A stretch of DNA of 64,000 nucleotides, taken from assembly GCA_963806225.1 (NCBI GenBank), contig CAWDXG010000004.1:736001-800000 (forward strand). Direction: 5' to 3'. The notes under the pieces were generated by a model. The model was not told the origin of the DNA and made no database searches. It worked only from the letters and a program-made list of their open reading frames with translations. Below, in pieces: positions 32,527 through 41,973 of the stretch. The translations under genes were made by a program, and so were the position numbers. This DNA comes from an uncultured delta proteobacterium. Lineage in GTDB: Bacteria; Myxococcota_A; Polyangia; Polyangiales; Polyangiaceae. Every line of letters starts with the position of its first letter. The stretch's first letter is position 1.

Positions 32527-34458
32527 TCAGTCGAGGAGCTCGTCGATCCGGGCGGCCGCGCGCGTGGCCACCGCCATGATGGTCAACTGGGGATTGACGC
32601 CGAGCGGACCGTTGATGGTGCTGCCATCCACGATAAACAGGCGCTTCAGGTCGTGCGTCTGGTGATCGGAGTCCACGACGCTGGTCTTCGGATCGCGACC
32701 CATGCGGCAGGTGCCGAGCGGATGGTAGCTCACGACCACCAGCTCGCTGGCCGACGGCGGCTGTCTCCGGAACTCGTGGAAGTCGTCGGGCTCGACGATC
32801 GGCCGCGTGAGCACGAGCGGGTAGAGCCGCTTCGCGCCCGCGGCGAGGAACATCTCTCCCGCGCGGACGTTCGCCTCGTGCAGCCGGCGCAGGTCCTCGC
32901 GTTGCAGGTTGTACGTGATCGCGGGTTTACCAGCCCGCTCCCACCACACGCGCCCATTCGGCGAGGCGTCGGCCACCAGCGTGCCGACGCCCGCAAGATG
33001 GTTCCGGCGGTCGAGCACATCCATCAGGGGCTTGCCGCTCATCGGCAGCGTGACCGCCTCCACGTTGTGGTCGCCCAGAGCGGTCAGGATCATGATCCCG
33101 TCTCGCGCGAACTGGTCGACGGCATGGCCCTGGGGCACGAAGTCGGCACCGCGGATTTCCTCGTCGAACAGTGCGTTCAGCCCGCCGCTCGGGTGGAGCG
33201 ACAGGTTCCTGCCGACCTGTCCGCTCTTGTTGCAGATGCCCTGGCGCATCAGGAAGAGCGGCGTCGGGATACTGCCCCCCGCCAGGATCACCGCCGAAGC
33301 CCTCACCTTGACGCGGCGCCCGTCGCGGGCGACCCCCTCGATGCCGACGGCGCGTCCGCCCTCGGTAAGCACCCGGTCGGCGTGGAGCTCGGTCATGCAC
33401 AGCGCGCCGCGCCGGAGCGCAGCCGGGATGTAGGAGATGTTGGTGCTGCGCCTGGCGTCGGTGCGGCAACCGAAGTTGCAGAAGCCCGAGCCCTCGCAGC
33501 CCGGCGCGTTGCGGGGGATCCGGCCGTAGCTCCAACCGAGCGCGTCGCAGCCGCGCGAGACGACATCGTCGATGGGCCCGAGGAAGCGCGGCTCGGTGGG
33601 CGCCACGCCGAGGAACGATTCGACGCGTTCGAACCACGGTTTCATGGCGCCCGGCGCAAATTCGTCGGTGCGCAGGTCATCGCACCACCGATCGAGCACC
33701 CAGGGCGGCGTGCGGAAACAGGTTCCCCCGTTGACCGCCGTCGAGCCGCCCACGAGCCGCCCCATGAAGAGCGGCATGACGGTGTTCCCGAAGGTCACGG
33801 CAAAGCGATAGAAGCTCAAGTGCGCGCGGACCGAGCTCCCGTCGAAGTCCCGGCGGTCGTGGTAGCTGCCTTCCTCGACGAAGACCACGGCGCGACCGCG
33901 CTCGGCGAGTTCCCGGCCGACCACAGCGCCGCCCGCCCCCGTGCCCACTACGACCACGTCGCACTCGAGCGTCTCGTCCGCGGGAAGGTCCGTCGCCAGC
34001 ATCATCTGCCGGCGCCAGGGCGGCTCTTCACCTTCCGGAACGACGTTGAGCCGCCCGCCCAGGCGCTCGTAGACCCCCGGACGATCGAAATGAACGAACT
34101 TGTACACCAGCGAAAGCGCCGCCAGCGCCGATCGCAACGCTGGCGTCTGGTACCACCGCTGGAGCAGCGCCTGCTGCTCCCTGGTATCGAGGGCGGCAAA
34201 TGATCGCCCTGTCGAAAGCACCGCCGCTTCGGACAGCGCGCGCTGTGCCTTGCGGAAGAGCGGTACAAGGTTGGGCGAGACGGACTGCACGACCTCTTCG
34301 GTGCGGACCAGGGTCGCCTCGTCGGCCGGAGGGATGCTGTCGCTGCCGGGGATGATCGCCTCCAGCAACGCGAGCGATGCGGCCCGATCCGCCTGCGACA
34401 TGGGGCCGGGCGGCGTCGGGTTTGCGGGCTGGCCGGGGATGGACAGTGTTTCGGTCAT
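32527..34458 (-). CDS. GMC oxidoreductase with extra N-terminal domain (long-chain alcohol oxidase-like)
   Basis: VVVGTGAGG, GGSTAVN, CEGSGFCNFGC, YHPLGTCRMG, GVNPQLTIMA; ATGA overlap with the upstream gene. Confidence 0.88.
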   Translation of the reverse strand: MTETLSIPGQPANPTPPGPMSQADRAASLALLEAIIPGSDSIPPADEATLVRTEEVVQSVSPNLVPLFRKAQRALSEAAVLSTGRSFAALDTREQQALLQRWYQTPALRSALAALSLVYKFVHFDRPGVYERLGGRLNVVPEGEEPPWRRQMMLATDLPADETLECDVVVVGTGAGGAVVGRELAERGRAVVFVEEGSYHDRRDFDGSSVRAHLSFYRFAVTFGNTVMPLFMGRLVGGSTAVNGGTCFRTPPWVLDRWCDDLRTDEFAPGAMKPWFERVESFLGVAPTEPRFLGPIDDVVSRGCDALGWSYGRIPRNAPGCEGSGFCNFGCRTDARRSTNISYIPAALRRGALCMTELHADRVLTEGGRAVGIEGVARDGRRVKVRASAVILAGGSIPTPLFLMRQGICNKSGQVGRNLSLHPSGGLNALFDEEIRGADFVPQGHAVDQFARDGIMILTALGDHNVEAVTLPMSGKPLMDVLDRRNHLAGVGTLVADASPNGRVWWERAGKPAITYNLQREDLRRLHEANVRAGEMFLAAGAKRLYPLVLTRPIVEPDDFHEFRRQPPSASELVVVSYHPLGTCRMGRDPKTSVVDSDHQTHDLKRLFIVDGSTINGPLGVNPQLTIMAVATRAAARIDELLD

Positions 34459-35414
34459 GACGACTCCACGGGGACGGCCGCTCTGGGCCGGAGGACCAGG
34501 GAAGCCAGAAGGGCGCCGGCAACCCCCACGCACAGCTGCACGGCGTGCAGCCCGAGAGTCAAGGCGAGCGCTGCACTGCTCCGCATCCCGAGGCTGCCAG
34601 CGGCGAGGCCTACGGGGCCGTCCGTAGCGCCCAGCTGGGCAGGCACGAAGTCGCCGGCGGCTGCCCCGGCCAACACGAGGCCCGTCGTAGCCAGACCGCT
34701 TACGACATCGGCAGACGCTCCCACCGCGTGGCGCAGCAGCAGGATCTCGCCGATCAGCAACACGCGGGTGCCGAACTCGAAGAGCAGCGCGCGACCGACG
34801 CCGGGCGCTTCCGCCGCGAACGCATCGTCGAACGCGGGCCCCGCTTCACGGGCGATCGGCACCCGGCGTGCGAGCCAACGGCCCAGACGCGCTCGCCCTG
34901 CAAACACGACCGCACCGCCGATAGCGAAGGTCCCCGCGCAGTACAGCGCCACCGCGAACGTCGGCCAGGTTGCTCCGTCGATCGACGCGACCGCCAACAT
35001 CGTCGGGATCGCGATCAGCGCGTTGGCGAGCAGCACGATCGCCATCATCCACGCCGCGGCGGCTGCGGCGCGCGCGCGCCCGGCACGCCCCGACAGCTGC
35101 TGGGCGCGGAACGTCTCGGCCACCAGACGCCCGGCAGGCGCCGCGACCGCCAGGAGCTGCGCCCGGAAGGACGCGCGCCACAGCTCGATGCCCAGGCGGG
35201 GCGCTCCGCCAGCGCTGTAGAGAGAGGACAGCGCGAGCGCATTGAGAACGACGATACCGAGCTCGAGCAGCAGCAGCGCCGGAACCCACGGCCCTACTCC
35301 GCGGACGGCGCCGACCATCGCCGCCGGGCCCGCATGCAGGACGAGGAGCACCACGATCGATGCTCCGATCGCGGCGAACGCCAGGTGCAACCAGCGCTTC
35401 TGCCGCGGCTTCAT
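34455..35414 (-). CDS. Integral membrane protein, lysylphosphatidylglycerol-synthase TM / flippase-like
   Basis: About 8 TM helices; PAGRLVAETFR and FVPAQLGATDG resemble UPF0104 family motifs. Confidence 0.7.
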   Translation of the reverse strand: MKPRQKRWLHLAFAAIGASIVVLLVLHAGPAAMVGAVRGVGPWVPALLLLELGIVVLNALALSSLYSAGGAPRLGIELWRASFRAQLLAVAAPAGRLVAETFRAQQLSGRAGRARAAAAAAWMMAIVLLANALIAIPTMLAVASIDGATWPTFAVALYCAGTFAIGGAVVFAGRARLGRWLARRVPIAREAGPAFDDAFAAEAPGVGRALLFEFGTRVLLIGEILLLRHAVGASADVVSGLATTGLVLAGAAAGDFVPAQLGATDGPVGLAAGSLGMRSSAALALTLGLHAVQLCVGVAGALLASLVLRPRAAVPVESS

Positions 35415-36727
35415 GGCACAGCTCCGGGGACCTCCGGGAGCCGCATCCACACGCGCTCGAACGCGTCTGCGTAGGCGTCGATGGTCTCGTCCGTCTGGGG
35501 AAAGATGGGGCAGCTCTGCGAGAACAACACCAGCGAGCTGTCGAGCAGCCGGCAGGTTTCCGGGAACCGGGAGAGGTCGTAGTCGGCCGGCGCGCCCGCG
35601 TCCCAGGGGTGGGCCTGCCCGCCATAGCCGATGCGCTCACGGAAGAGCCGCTGCGCAGGAACAGGCATGGTCTGCCAGAGCACGACCTCGAGACCCTCGG
35701 CCCGGAGTGCGGCCAGCAGAGCGTCGCGCACCACGCGCGGCGGAGCGTCGACACCGACGGCGCGCGCATCGAACCGCACCCGGTATTTGTGGACCGTGCC
35801 GGTGCGGTCGTCATCCGTGGCCGGCGGTTCGACGCCGGGGAGCGCACCAAGCCGGGTCGAAAGACGGCGCGCGTTGTGCCGCGCGCGCTCGTTGTAGTGC
35901 ACGAGCCGCCTGAGCTGGCTCCGGGCCAGCGCCGCGGACATCTCGTTGGTGCGGTACATGTAGCCGATCGCGGAGCTCTCGTACGCGCGCTCGGCATCGA
36001 GAGGTCGCTCGAGCGAAAAGCCGGCGTCCTGCATCGACCCCACGTCCTCACCGAACATGCGCGTGCGGTTGGCGCGCTCGAGAAGGCGGTCGTCGTCTGT
36101 CACGAAAAGCCCCCCCTCGCCCGAGGGCAGGTTCTTGCTCGATTGCGTGCTGAAGCAACCCATGTTCCCCAGCGTGCCAACGCGCCGCCCGCGATAGACC
36201 GCTCCGTGGGCCTGGCAGGCGTCCTCGATCACAGGGATGTCATGGCGCCGCGCGATGTCCAGGATGGGGTCCATCTCGCACGGCAGGCCGTGGATGTGCA
36301 CGGGCAGGATGGCACGGGTGCGCGGCGTGAGGGCGGCCTCGAGCAGAGCCGGATCGAGCCCGCAGAAACGCGGCTCGATGTCGACGAATACCGGGATGGC
36401 ATCCTGGTGCAGGACTGCGAGCGCGGTGGCCACGAAGCTGTAGGCCGTGGTCACGACCTCGTCGCCCGGTCCCACACCTGCCGCTGCGAGCGCGATGTGG
36501 AGCGAGGAGGTACCGCTGTTCGTGGCCAGGCAGTGTCGAGCGCCGACAAACGCTGCGAATTCGCGTTCCAGCCCTCGCACCTCGGGCGCCAGAGGCCCGG
36601 ACAGGACCCCCCGGTCCAGCACCGCCATCACCGCGGCCCGATCCTCGTCCCCGAGTACGGGCCAGCGGACGTGTCGCCCGTTATCGAGCGTCGCATGTCC
36701 GCCGGTGATGGCGAGCGGCGACTTCAA
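35411..36727 (-). CDS. DegT/DnrJ/EryC1/StrS PLP aminotransferase
   Basis: NSGTSSLH, PVHIHG, IEDACQAHG, FSTQSSKNLPSGEGG (PLP Lys). The TTG start overlapping the ino1 stop (TTGA) is inferred. Confidence 0.9.
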   Translation of the reverse strand: MKSPLAITGGHATLDNGRHVRWPVLGDEDRAAVMAVLDRGVLSGPLAPEVRGLEREFAAFVGARHCLATNSGTSSLHIALAAAGVGPGDEVVTTAYSFVATALAVLHQDAIPVFVDIEPRFCGLDPALLEAALTPRTRAILPVHIHGLPCEMDPILDIARRHDIPVIEDACQAHGAVYRGRRVGTLGNMGCFSTQSSKNLPSGEGGLFVTDDDRLLERANRTRMFGEDVGSMQDAGFSLERPLDAERAYESSAIGYMYRTNEMSAALARSQLRRLVHYNERARHNARRLSTRLGALPGVEPPATDDDRTGTVHKYRVRFDARAVGVDAPPRVVRDALLAALRAEGLEVVLWQTMPVPAQRLFRERIGYGGQAHPWDAGAPADYDLSRFPETCRLLDSSLVLFSQSCPIFPQTDETIDAYADAFERVWMRLPEVPGAVP

Positions 36728-37947
36728 ACCGCCCGTGCCGCGACGGCGTCCACCTGACGCGGCGCGGCGGCGACCGAGTCGCTCCATTCGCGCAGCATCC
36801 GGAACTGCTCGAACAGGTCGTGAACGACCGGCTCACCCTCGACGCGATAGGGCGCCTTGAAAAAGACCGAGAACTGCCGCTGCACTCCGCACTCGCCCAC
36901 GCGGTGCGCGACATCGATGAGACGCGCCAGATCGAGCACCAGCGGCGCTGCGAGGATCGAGTCCTTGCACAGGAAGTTGACCTTGACCTGCATCGGCTCG
37001 CCGAGGAAGCCCAGCAGATCGATGTTGTCCCACGCCTCCTTCGCGTCGCCGCGGGGCCGGTAGTAGTGGATGTGCACCTGGTGGTCGTCCACGCCGTAGC
37101 CGAGGATGTTGTCGAGGACGCCGAGCTTGCTCGTGACCTTGGTCTTGTTCGAGGCGGGATCATCGAGCACGCGGCCGTCGTTGTTGCCGAGGATGTTCGT
37201 GGAATACCAGCCCTGCACGAGGAGCTGCCGCACCGCGAAGGCCGGCGCCAGCACTGTCTTGAGCAGGGTCTGGCCGGTCTTGCCGTCCTCGCCCGCGATG
37301 GGAACGCCGCGCTTCTGCGAGAGCGTATCGAGCGCGGGAATGTTGGACAGGCTCGGCGTGAAGTTCACGTGGGGCATGTCCATCGTGATCGCGAGGTAGA
37401 GGTACCTCATGGCTGGGCTGATGCGCGGATCGTTCGCGTCGAGCCCGGCTTCGAAGGCCTCGGGCGTCAGATGCACGTCCGAGATCTGCGTGTGCCGCTC
37501 GGTCGAGGCGAGATTCACGATGACGGTGCGGTCCACGCCACGCTCCTTCCGGAACGCTTCAACCTGCGCGCGCATCAGCCGCAGCTGGTCGCGGTAGGAA
37601 GTGCCATCGACCGCGTTGTCGCCGAGGTCACCCCCCAGGAAGGTGGGTGACACCATCGACGGCCAGGGATGGAGCGCAGACAGCTCCTCCTCGATGTCCG
37701 GGAGGAGGTGGCGGGGGATCACGCCATGGTGCTTGGCAGCCTCGAACAGGTTGGTCGTCCTGATGTCCCAACCGCCGAACTCGAGATCCTCGACCGCAGC
37801 CAACGGCAGCTTCTGTCCGACCTCTGTCTCGGTGAGCATCCCGAGCTTCGGAACGAGGCCCTTCTTCATCAACAGAACGCCGCCGATCACCGTCGACGCG
37901 ACCGCGCCACCTGCGCCAACAACCAGCACACCGAGCTTTTCCGACAT
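36724..37947 (-). CDS. ino1: myo-Inositol-1-phosphate synthase
   Basis: VGAGGAVAST, NLASTE, DGKTGQT, NILGNNDG, DSILAAPLVLDL; GGAG RBS; alternative start at 37959. Confidence 0.92.
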   Translation of the reverse strand: MSEKLGVLVVGAGGAVASTVIGGVLLMKKGLVPKLGMLTETEVGQKLPLAAVEDLEFGGWDIRTTNLFEAAKHHGVIPRHLLPDIEEELSALHPWPSMVSPTFLGGDLGDNAVDGTSYRDQLRLMRAQVEAFRKERGVDRTVIVNLASTERHTQISDVHLTPEAFEAGLDANDPRISPAMRYLYLAITMDMPHVNFTPSLSNIPALDTLSQKRGVPIAGEDGKTGQTLLKTVLAPAFAVRQLLVQGWYSTNILGNNDGRVLDDPASNKTKVTSKLGVLDNILGYGVDDHQVHIHYYRPRGDAKEAWDNIDLLGFLGEPMQVKVNFLCKDSILAAPLVLDLARLIDVAHRVGECGVQRQFSVFFKAPYRVEGEPVVHDLFEQFRMLREWSDSVAAAPRQVDAVAARAV

Positions 37948-37959
37948 TACGGACTCCAT

Positions 37960-39579
37960 TCAATGCAAGGATTCTCGAGCGAGCCGGCGCAGAACATCGC
38001 GTTTGGCGTCGTCGATAATGCGAGGAAACTTCTGCTGGGCGCCGTTGCGCCCGACTTGATCCACGAACTCTCTCATCGCGCCGCGCGGGAGCGTCACGAT
38101 CTCCGGGGACAGGATCGCGGCGTCCTTCTGGCGATGCTCGCGATACACCCTGTTCTGCTCTCCAAGGCCGGCATCGAACGCGAGCCGGAAGCGCTCCAGA
38201 TCGGCCGGCGGCCGCTCGAACTCGACGAAGAGCACGTACCAGCCCTTGCCGCCGCCGCGGCCGCCGATATCCGCGCCGCAGGCAAACTCCACGACGGCAG
38301 AGTCCGCGAGCTTCACGGCCGCACCGACGGCCCGCTCGACTTCCAGCGTCGTCATCAACTCCTGGGTTACCGACAGCATGCCCGCGCTGCGGCCAATGAA
38401 CTCCAGCCTGTGCGGGAATACGTCGGTGAACCGTACGAGATCACCGATGTCGTAGGCGTAGAGGCCCGAGCAGGTAGTGACGACGACCGCGTACTCGCCG
38501 CCCTTCTCCACGCGCCAAAGCGGCACGCGCTCCGCGTCGGGGCGACCCTGCTCTGCGCGCGGCACGAACTCGAAGAAGACGCCGCGGTCGGGGATCACGC
38601 GAAGACCCGGCTCGTCGAGGCGGTCGGTCACCGCGAAGATGCCGCCCTCGGTCGCATTGTAGTTGTCCATGAGCGGAATCCGTCCACCCACGCGCGTCTC
38701 GATGACGTCGCGGTAGGGCTCGGCGTAGACGCCGCCCCCGAACAGCGCGCTCAGGTTCGGCCACACGTCCCGCACCGTCTCGGCGTGAAGACCACGCCGT
38801 CGTGCCTGGACCAGCACCCGCTCGAACAGGTTCGGAAACCAGCATGTGGTGCCGGACAGGGAGCGCACGTCGTGATCCAGGTACGCATCCGCGATCGCGT
38901 CCAGCTTGCGATCGTAGTCCTCGATATCGCGCAGCGGCGGCCTGGGCAGCGACATGAGGGCCGAGACCTTCGGCATGTGCAGCTGCATCAGCCCGGGGTT
39001 GCTCGTGATGCCGACCGGGCCTTCCCACTTGATCACGGCGGGGGGCAGAAGAGCGAGATTGTAGCCTGCCGACCATTCCCGGTCCCCGCTGAGCGTCAGG
39101 TAGCGGGCCACGACGTCGAAGCCCGCCTTCTGCTGCCACTTGATCTGCTCGCGCGAGATCGGCAGGTACTTGTTTTTCGCCCGGGTGTGGGACGTGCCCG
39201 ACGAGCAGCCGTAGTAGCGGATGAAGTCGGGGTGAAGAACGTTGCGCTCGCCACGTCGCATGCGCTCGAGCAGAGGTTCGAAGTCCGCATAGGTGCGCAC
39301 CGGGACCCGATCGCGGAAGTCCTCCCAGGACCGCACGCCGGAGAGCTTGTGCTGCTTGCCGAACTCCGTACGGGCGGCGCGGGCGCAGTGCGCGAGGAGT
39401 GTTCTTGTCTGGACAGCTTGCGGGGCGGCCGCGACTCGATCCCACGCGGCAACACGCAGCTTTGCCGCCGCCCAGATCGCCGGGCCCGTGACGGCTCCGC
39501 CGGGCACGCCGCGGATGCGTCGCGGAGGCGCGGCGGGCGCCGCACGACGCGTAGGTGCGTGGAGATCCTGAACGGTCAT
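37960..39579 (-). CDS. GH3-family acyl-adenylate amido synthetase
   Basis: SSGTS, YNATEG, FFEFVP, YDIGD motifs of the GH3 family. Confidence 0.88.
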   Translation of the reverse strand: MTVQDLHAPTRRAAPAAPPRRIRGVPGGAVTGPAIWAAAKLRVAAWDRVAAAPQAVQTRTLLAHCARAARTEFGKQHKLSGVRSWEDFRDRVPVRTYADFEPLLERMRRGERNVLHPDFIRYYGCSSGTSHTRAKNKYLPISREQIKWQQKAGFDVVARYLTLSGDREWSAGYNLALLPPAVIKWEGPVGITSNPGLMQLHMPKVSALMSLPRPPLRDIEDYDRKLDAIADAYLDHDVRSLSGTTCWFPNLFERVLVQARRRGLHAETVRDVWPNLSALFGGGVYAEPYRDVIETRVGGRIPLMDNYNATEGGIFAVTDRLDEPGLRVIPDRGVFFEFVPRAEQGRPDAERVPLWRVEKGGEYAVVVTTCSGLYAYDIGDLVRFTDVFPHRLEFIGRSAGMLSVTQELMTTLEVERAVGAAVKLADSAVVEFACGADIGGRGGGKGWYVLFVEFERPPADLERFRLAFDAGLGEQNRVYREHRQKDAAILSPEIVTLPRGAMREFVDQVGRNGAQQKFPRIIDDAKRDVLRRLARESLH

Positions 39580-39586
39580 GGCCTCG

Positions 39587-41176
39587 TCACGCTCCGAAGA
39601 ACCTCTTGAGCCGCCGCATCCGCTGCGCGAGCAGGAGCGGGAGCTTCCAGGCGCGGTCGAGCGCCATGATCTGCACGTCGGAGAGCGCCTCTCCGAGATC
39701 GAAGAGGCCACGATCGTAGGGCAACCAGTACAACTCGAAGCCGGTCGACCGATCGACGACGGTTGTCTTCGGCCGGACGAACGTCGCGAGCGCGTGCCTG
39801 CTGTTCGCGACGCCGGAGCCGGTTTCCCGGGTGCCGGTCCACGGAAGCTCCGGGATAGCCCCGGTCAGAGCGTGGTTGTTGATCGTGACAACACCGCAAT
39901 CCAGGCGTTCGGCGATGCGCTGGGCCCGGTCGACGTCCCGGGTCCAGAGTGAAACCCCGAGACCGTAGCGACTCTGGTTCGCCTGCGCGACGGCATCGGA
40001 AATCCCGTCGACTCGTATGATCGCAAGCACGGGACCGAACGTCTCGTCGCGCACCACTTCCATCTTTTCGGTGCAGTGATCGAGCAGTGTCGGCTCGTAC
40101 CAGAGGCCCGTGCCCGTAGCGCGGCCGCCGCACACGACCGTGGCACCGCGGGTCCGCGCGTCTTCGACGTGGCGGGCGACCACCTCGAGCTGCCTGCGGT
40201 TGCCTAGCGGCGCGACGTCCACCTCTCCGCGCGGGCCGGGGCCCGCTCGAAGGGCCTTCCAGACACGCCCGAGCCGCTCCACGAACTCGTCCGCGATGGT
40301 GCGATCCACGTATGCGATCTCGATCGCGCCGCACGCCTGTCCGGCATTGTTCAGGGCCCAGGACGAGATACCCGCCACCGTGCGCGTCATGTCGCAGTCG
40401 GCTAGTACAATGGCCGGATCCTTGCCGCCCATCTCGATGCTGGAAACGACGCCGTGCTCGGCGCACAGCACGCGCACCCTGCGACCGGTCGCCGGCGAGC
40501 CTGTGAAGACGCAGGCGTCGATACCCGAGCCGATGAGCGCCTCGCCGACCTCCGCTCCCCCCTGCACCACGGAAACCAGATCGGAGGGCAACACGCTCGC
40601 CAGCACCTCCAGGAACCAGGCACTGGAAGCCGGGGTGTGGGGCGAGGGTTTCACGACGACCGCATTGCCCGTCATGAGTGCCGGGATGACCGCTCGGTAG
40701 AGCCCCGCCACGGGGAAGTTCCACGGTGCGATGACGCCCACCACGCCGCGTGGAAGCATATCCACGACGGCGCTCTTCTTCGGGAAGCTGATCGGATTGA
40801 GGCGAACCGACTCGCGCGTCGCATGGCGACCCACGACCTTCGCCCAGGCGTTGACCGTGTCGAGCGGCCCGAGCGCCTCGTTGAAGAGCGCTTCCACGTC
40901 CACCTTGCCCATCTCGACGCGGACGATCTCCATGATCTCGTGACGCCGCTCGAGCATCGCGCGCGCGGCCGCCCGCAGCGCGGAAACGCGCTCGTCCAGC
41001 GAGAGCTCGCGGAAAGCCCGTTGCGCCTTGCGGGCGCGCCCCACTGCTTCAGCGACCTCGGCCGGCATCGCCGGAACGACGGGCGCCAACGGTGACAGGT
41101 CCAGAGGGCAGACGCGGCCGACTTCGGGGTCGGATGTGGGCGTGCCGACAGCCGTGCCCGCAAGATTCCGGTCCAT
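39587..41176 (-). CDS. Aldehyde dehydrogenase
   Basis: IAPWNFP, FTGS, EMGGKDP, NAGQAC, ETFGP. Confidence 0.93.
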   Translation of the reverse strand: MDRNLAGTAVGTPTSDPEVGRVCPLDLSPLAPVVPAMPAEVAEAVGRARKAQRAFRELSLDERVSALRAAARAMLERRHEIMEIVRVEMGKVDVEALFNEALGPLDTVNAWAKVVGRHATRESVRLNPISFPKKSAVVDMLPRGVVGVIAPWNFPVAGLYRAVIPALMTGNAVVVKPSPHTPASSAWFLEVLASVLPSDLVSVVQGGAEVGEALIGSGIDACVFTGSPATGRRVRVLCAEHGVVSSIEMGGKDPAIVLADCDMTRTVAGISSWALNNAGQACGAIEIAYVDRTIADEFVERLGRVWKALRAGPGPRGEVDVAPLGNRRQLEVVARHVEDARTRGATVVCGGRATGTGLWYEPTLLDHCTEKMEVVRDETFGPVLAIIRVDGISDAVAQANQSRYGLGVSLWTRDVDRAQRIAERLDCGVVTINNHALTGAIPELPWTGTRETGSGVANSRHALATFVRPKTTVVDRSTGFELYWLPYDRGLFDLGEALSDVQIMALDRAWKLPLLLAQRMRRLKRFFGA

Positions 41177-41304
41177 CTCAGCGATGCCTTGTCGCTCGCC
41201 GGAGACGCCCTGTCAAGCCAGGCTCCAGTGTTTGAGCTGCCGCCGCGCCGCGCGCTGGACGCGCGGGTGTCGCAAGCGATCTGGACGGGCCCGATAATCG
41301 ACCA

Positions 41305-41770
41305 TTTCAGCCCAACAAGCCAGGGCCCCGAGGTGTTCCCCTGCTCGGAGGTCTTCTGGATTTTCCGGTGTGATCCGCTTGACTTCTGCACCCGCCTGGC
41401 CCGCGAACACGGCGATATCGGCTTCTGCCGTCCCGATCCGGTGCGCTGCGTACGGGTCGATCATCCCGGGTCGCTCCAGCAGCTGCTGACGCGGGATGCC
41501 GCACGCCTTCACAAGCCGTGGGACTTCAAGGAGATGGAGCTCGTCCTCTGGCAAGGGTCTGGTCATCAGCGAGGACAAGCTCTGGCGCCCGCCGCACGCT
41601 TCCCAGCCGTCCGGCGCCGGCCCACGCAAGTGAAACGGCACGCACTTGGCGATGCTCGGGGCAGTTCTGCTGCTCGCACCCATCACGCATCGCTTCCACG
41701 TTGAAGTTCGAGCTGCAACCGGCCGTCGCGCTCCGCCCGGAGCACGGCGTCCACGCACGAGTCGAGGCAG
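41305..41770 (+). pseudogene. Cytochrome P450 remnant (internal deletion, frameshifts, heme Cys codon replaced by TGA)
   Basis: N-terminal FRCDPLDFCTRLAREHGDI...HP...HK, then in a new frame GKGLVISEDKLWR joined directly to PSGAGPRK*NGTHLAMLGAVLLLA, then in another frame ELQPAVALRPEHGV. Ends are approximate. Confidence 0.72.
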
Positions 41771-41973
41771 GCGCGGTCGCGGCCGCCGCCGGGTCGCAGC
41801 CGCCGTTCTTGCCGGGGCATCCCGTACGGACCGCGTCGGCGATGCTGAACACCCGTTGCCGGCCGGATTCCTGCGCGACCGCTTCCCCGCGTCGGTATGC
41901 AGAAGTCCACCGGGATGCGCGAGGTTCCACGGAGCGTTTCCACCCGGCCTTCGATCGAGTATGCCGCTAGCCC

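Noticed and set aside
41631..41633. Selenocysteine-ligated P450
   Set aside because: The surrounding gene has a large deletion, frameshifts and degenerate motif residues; a nonsense mutation in a pseudogene is simpler.
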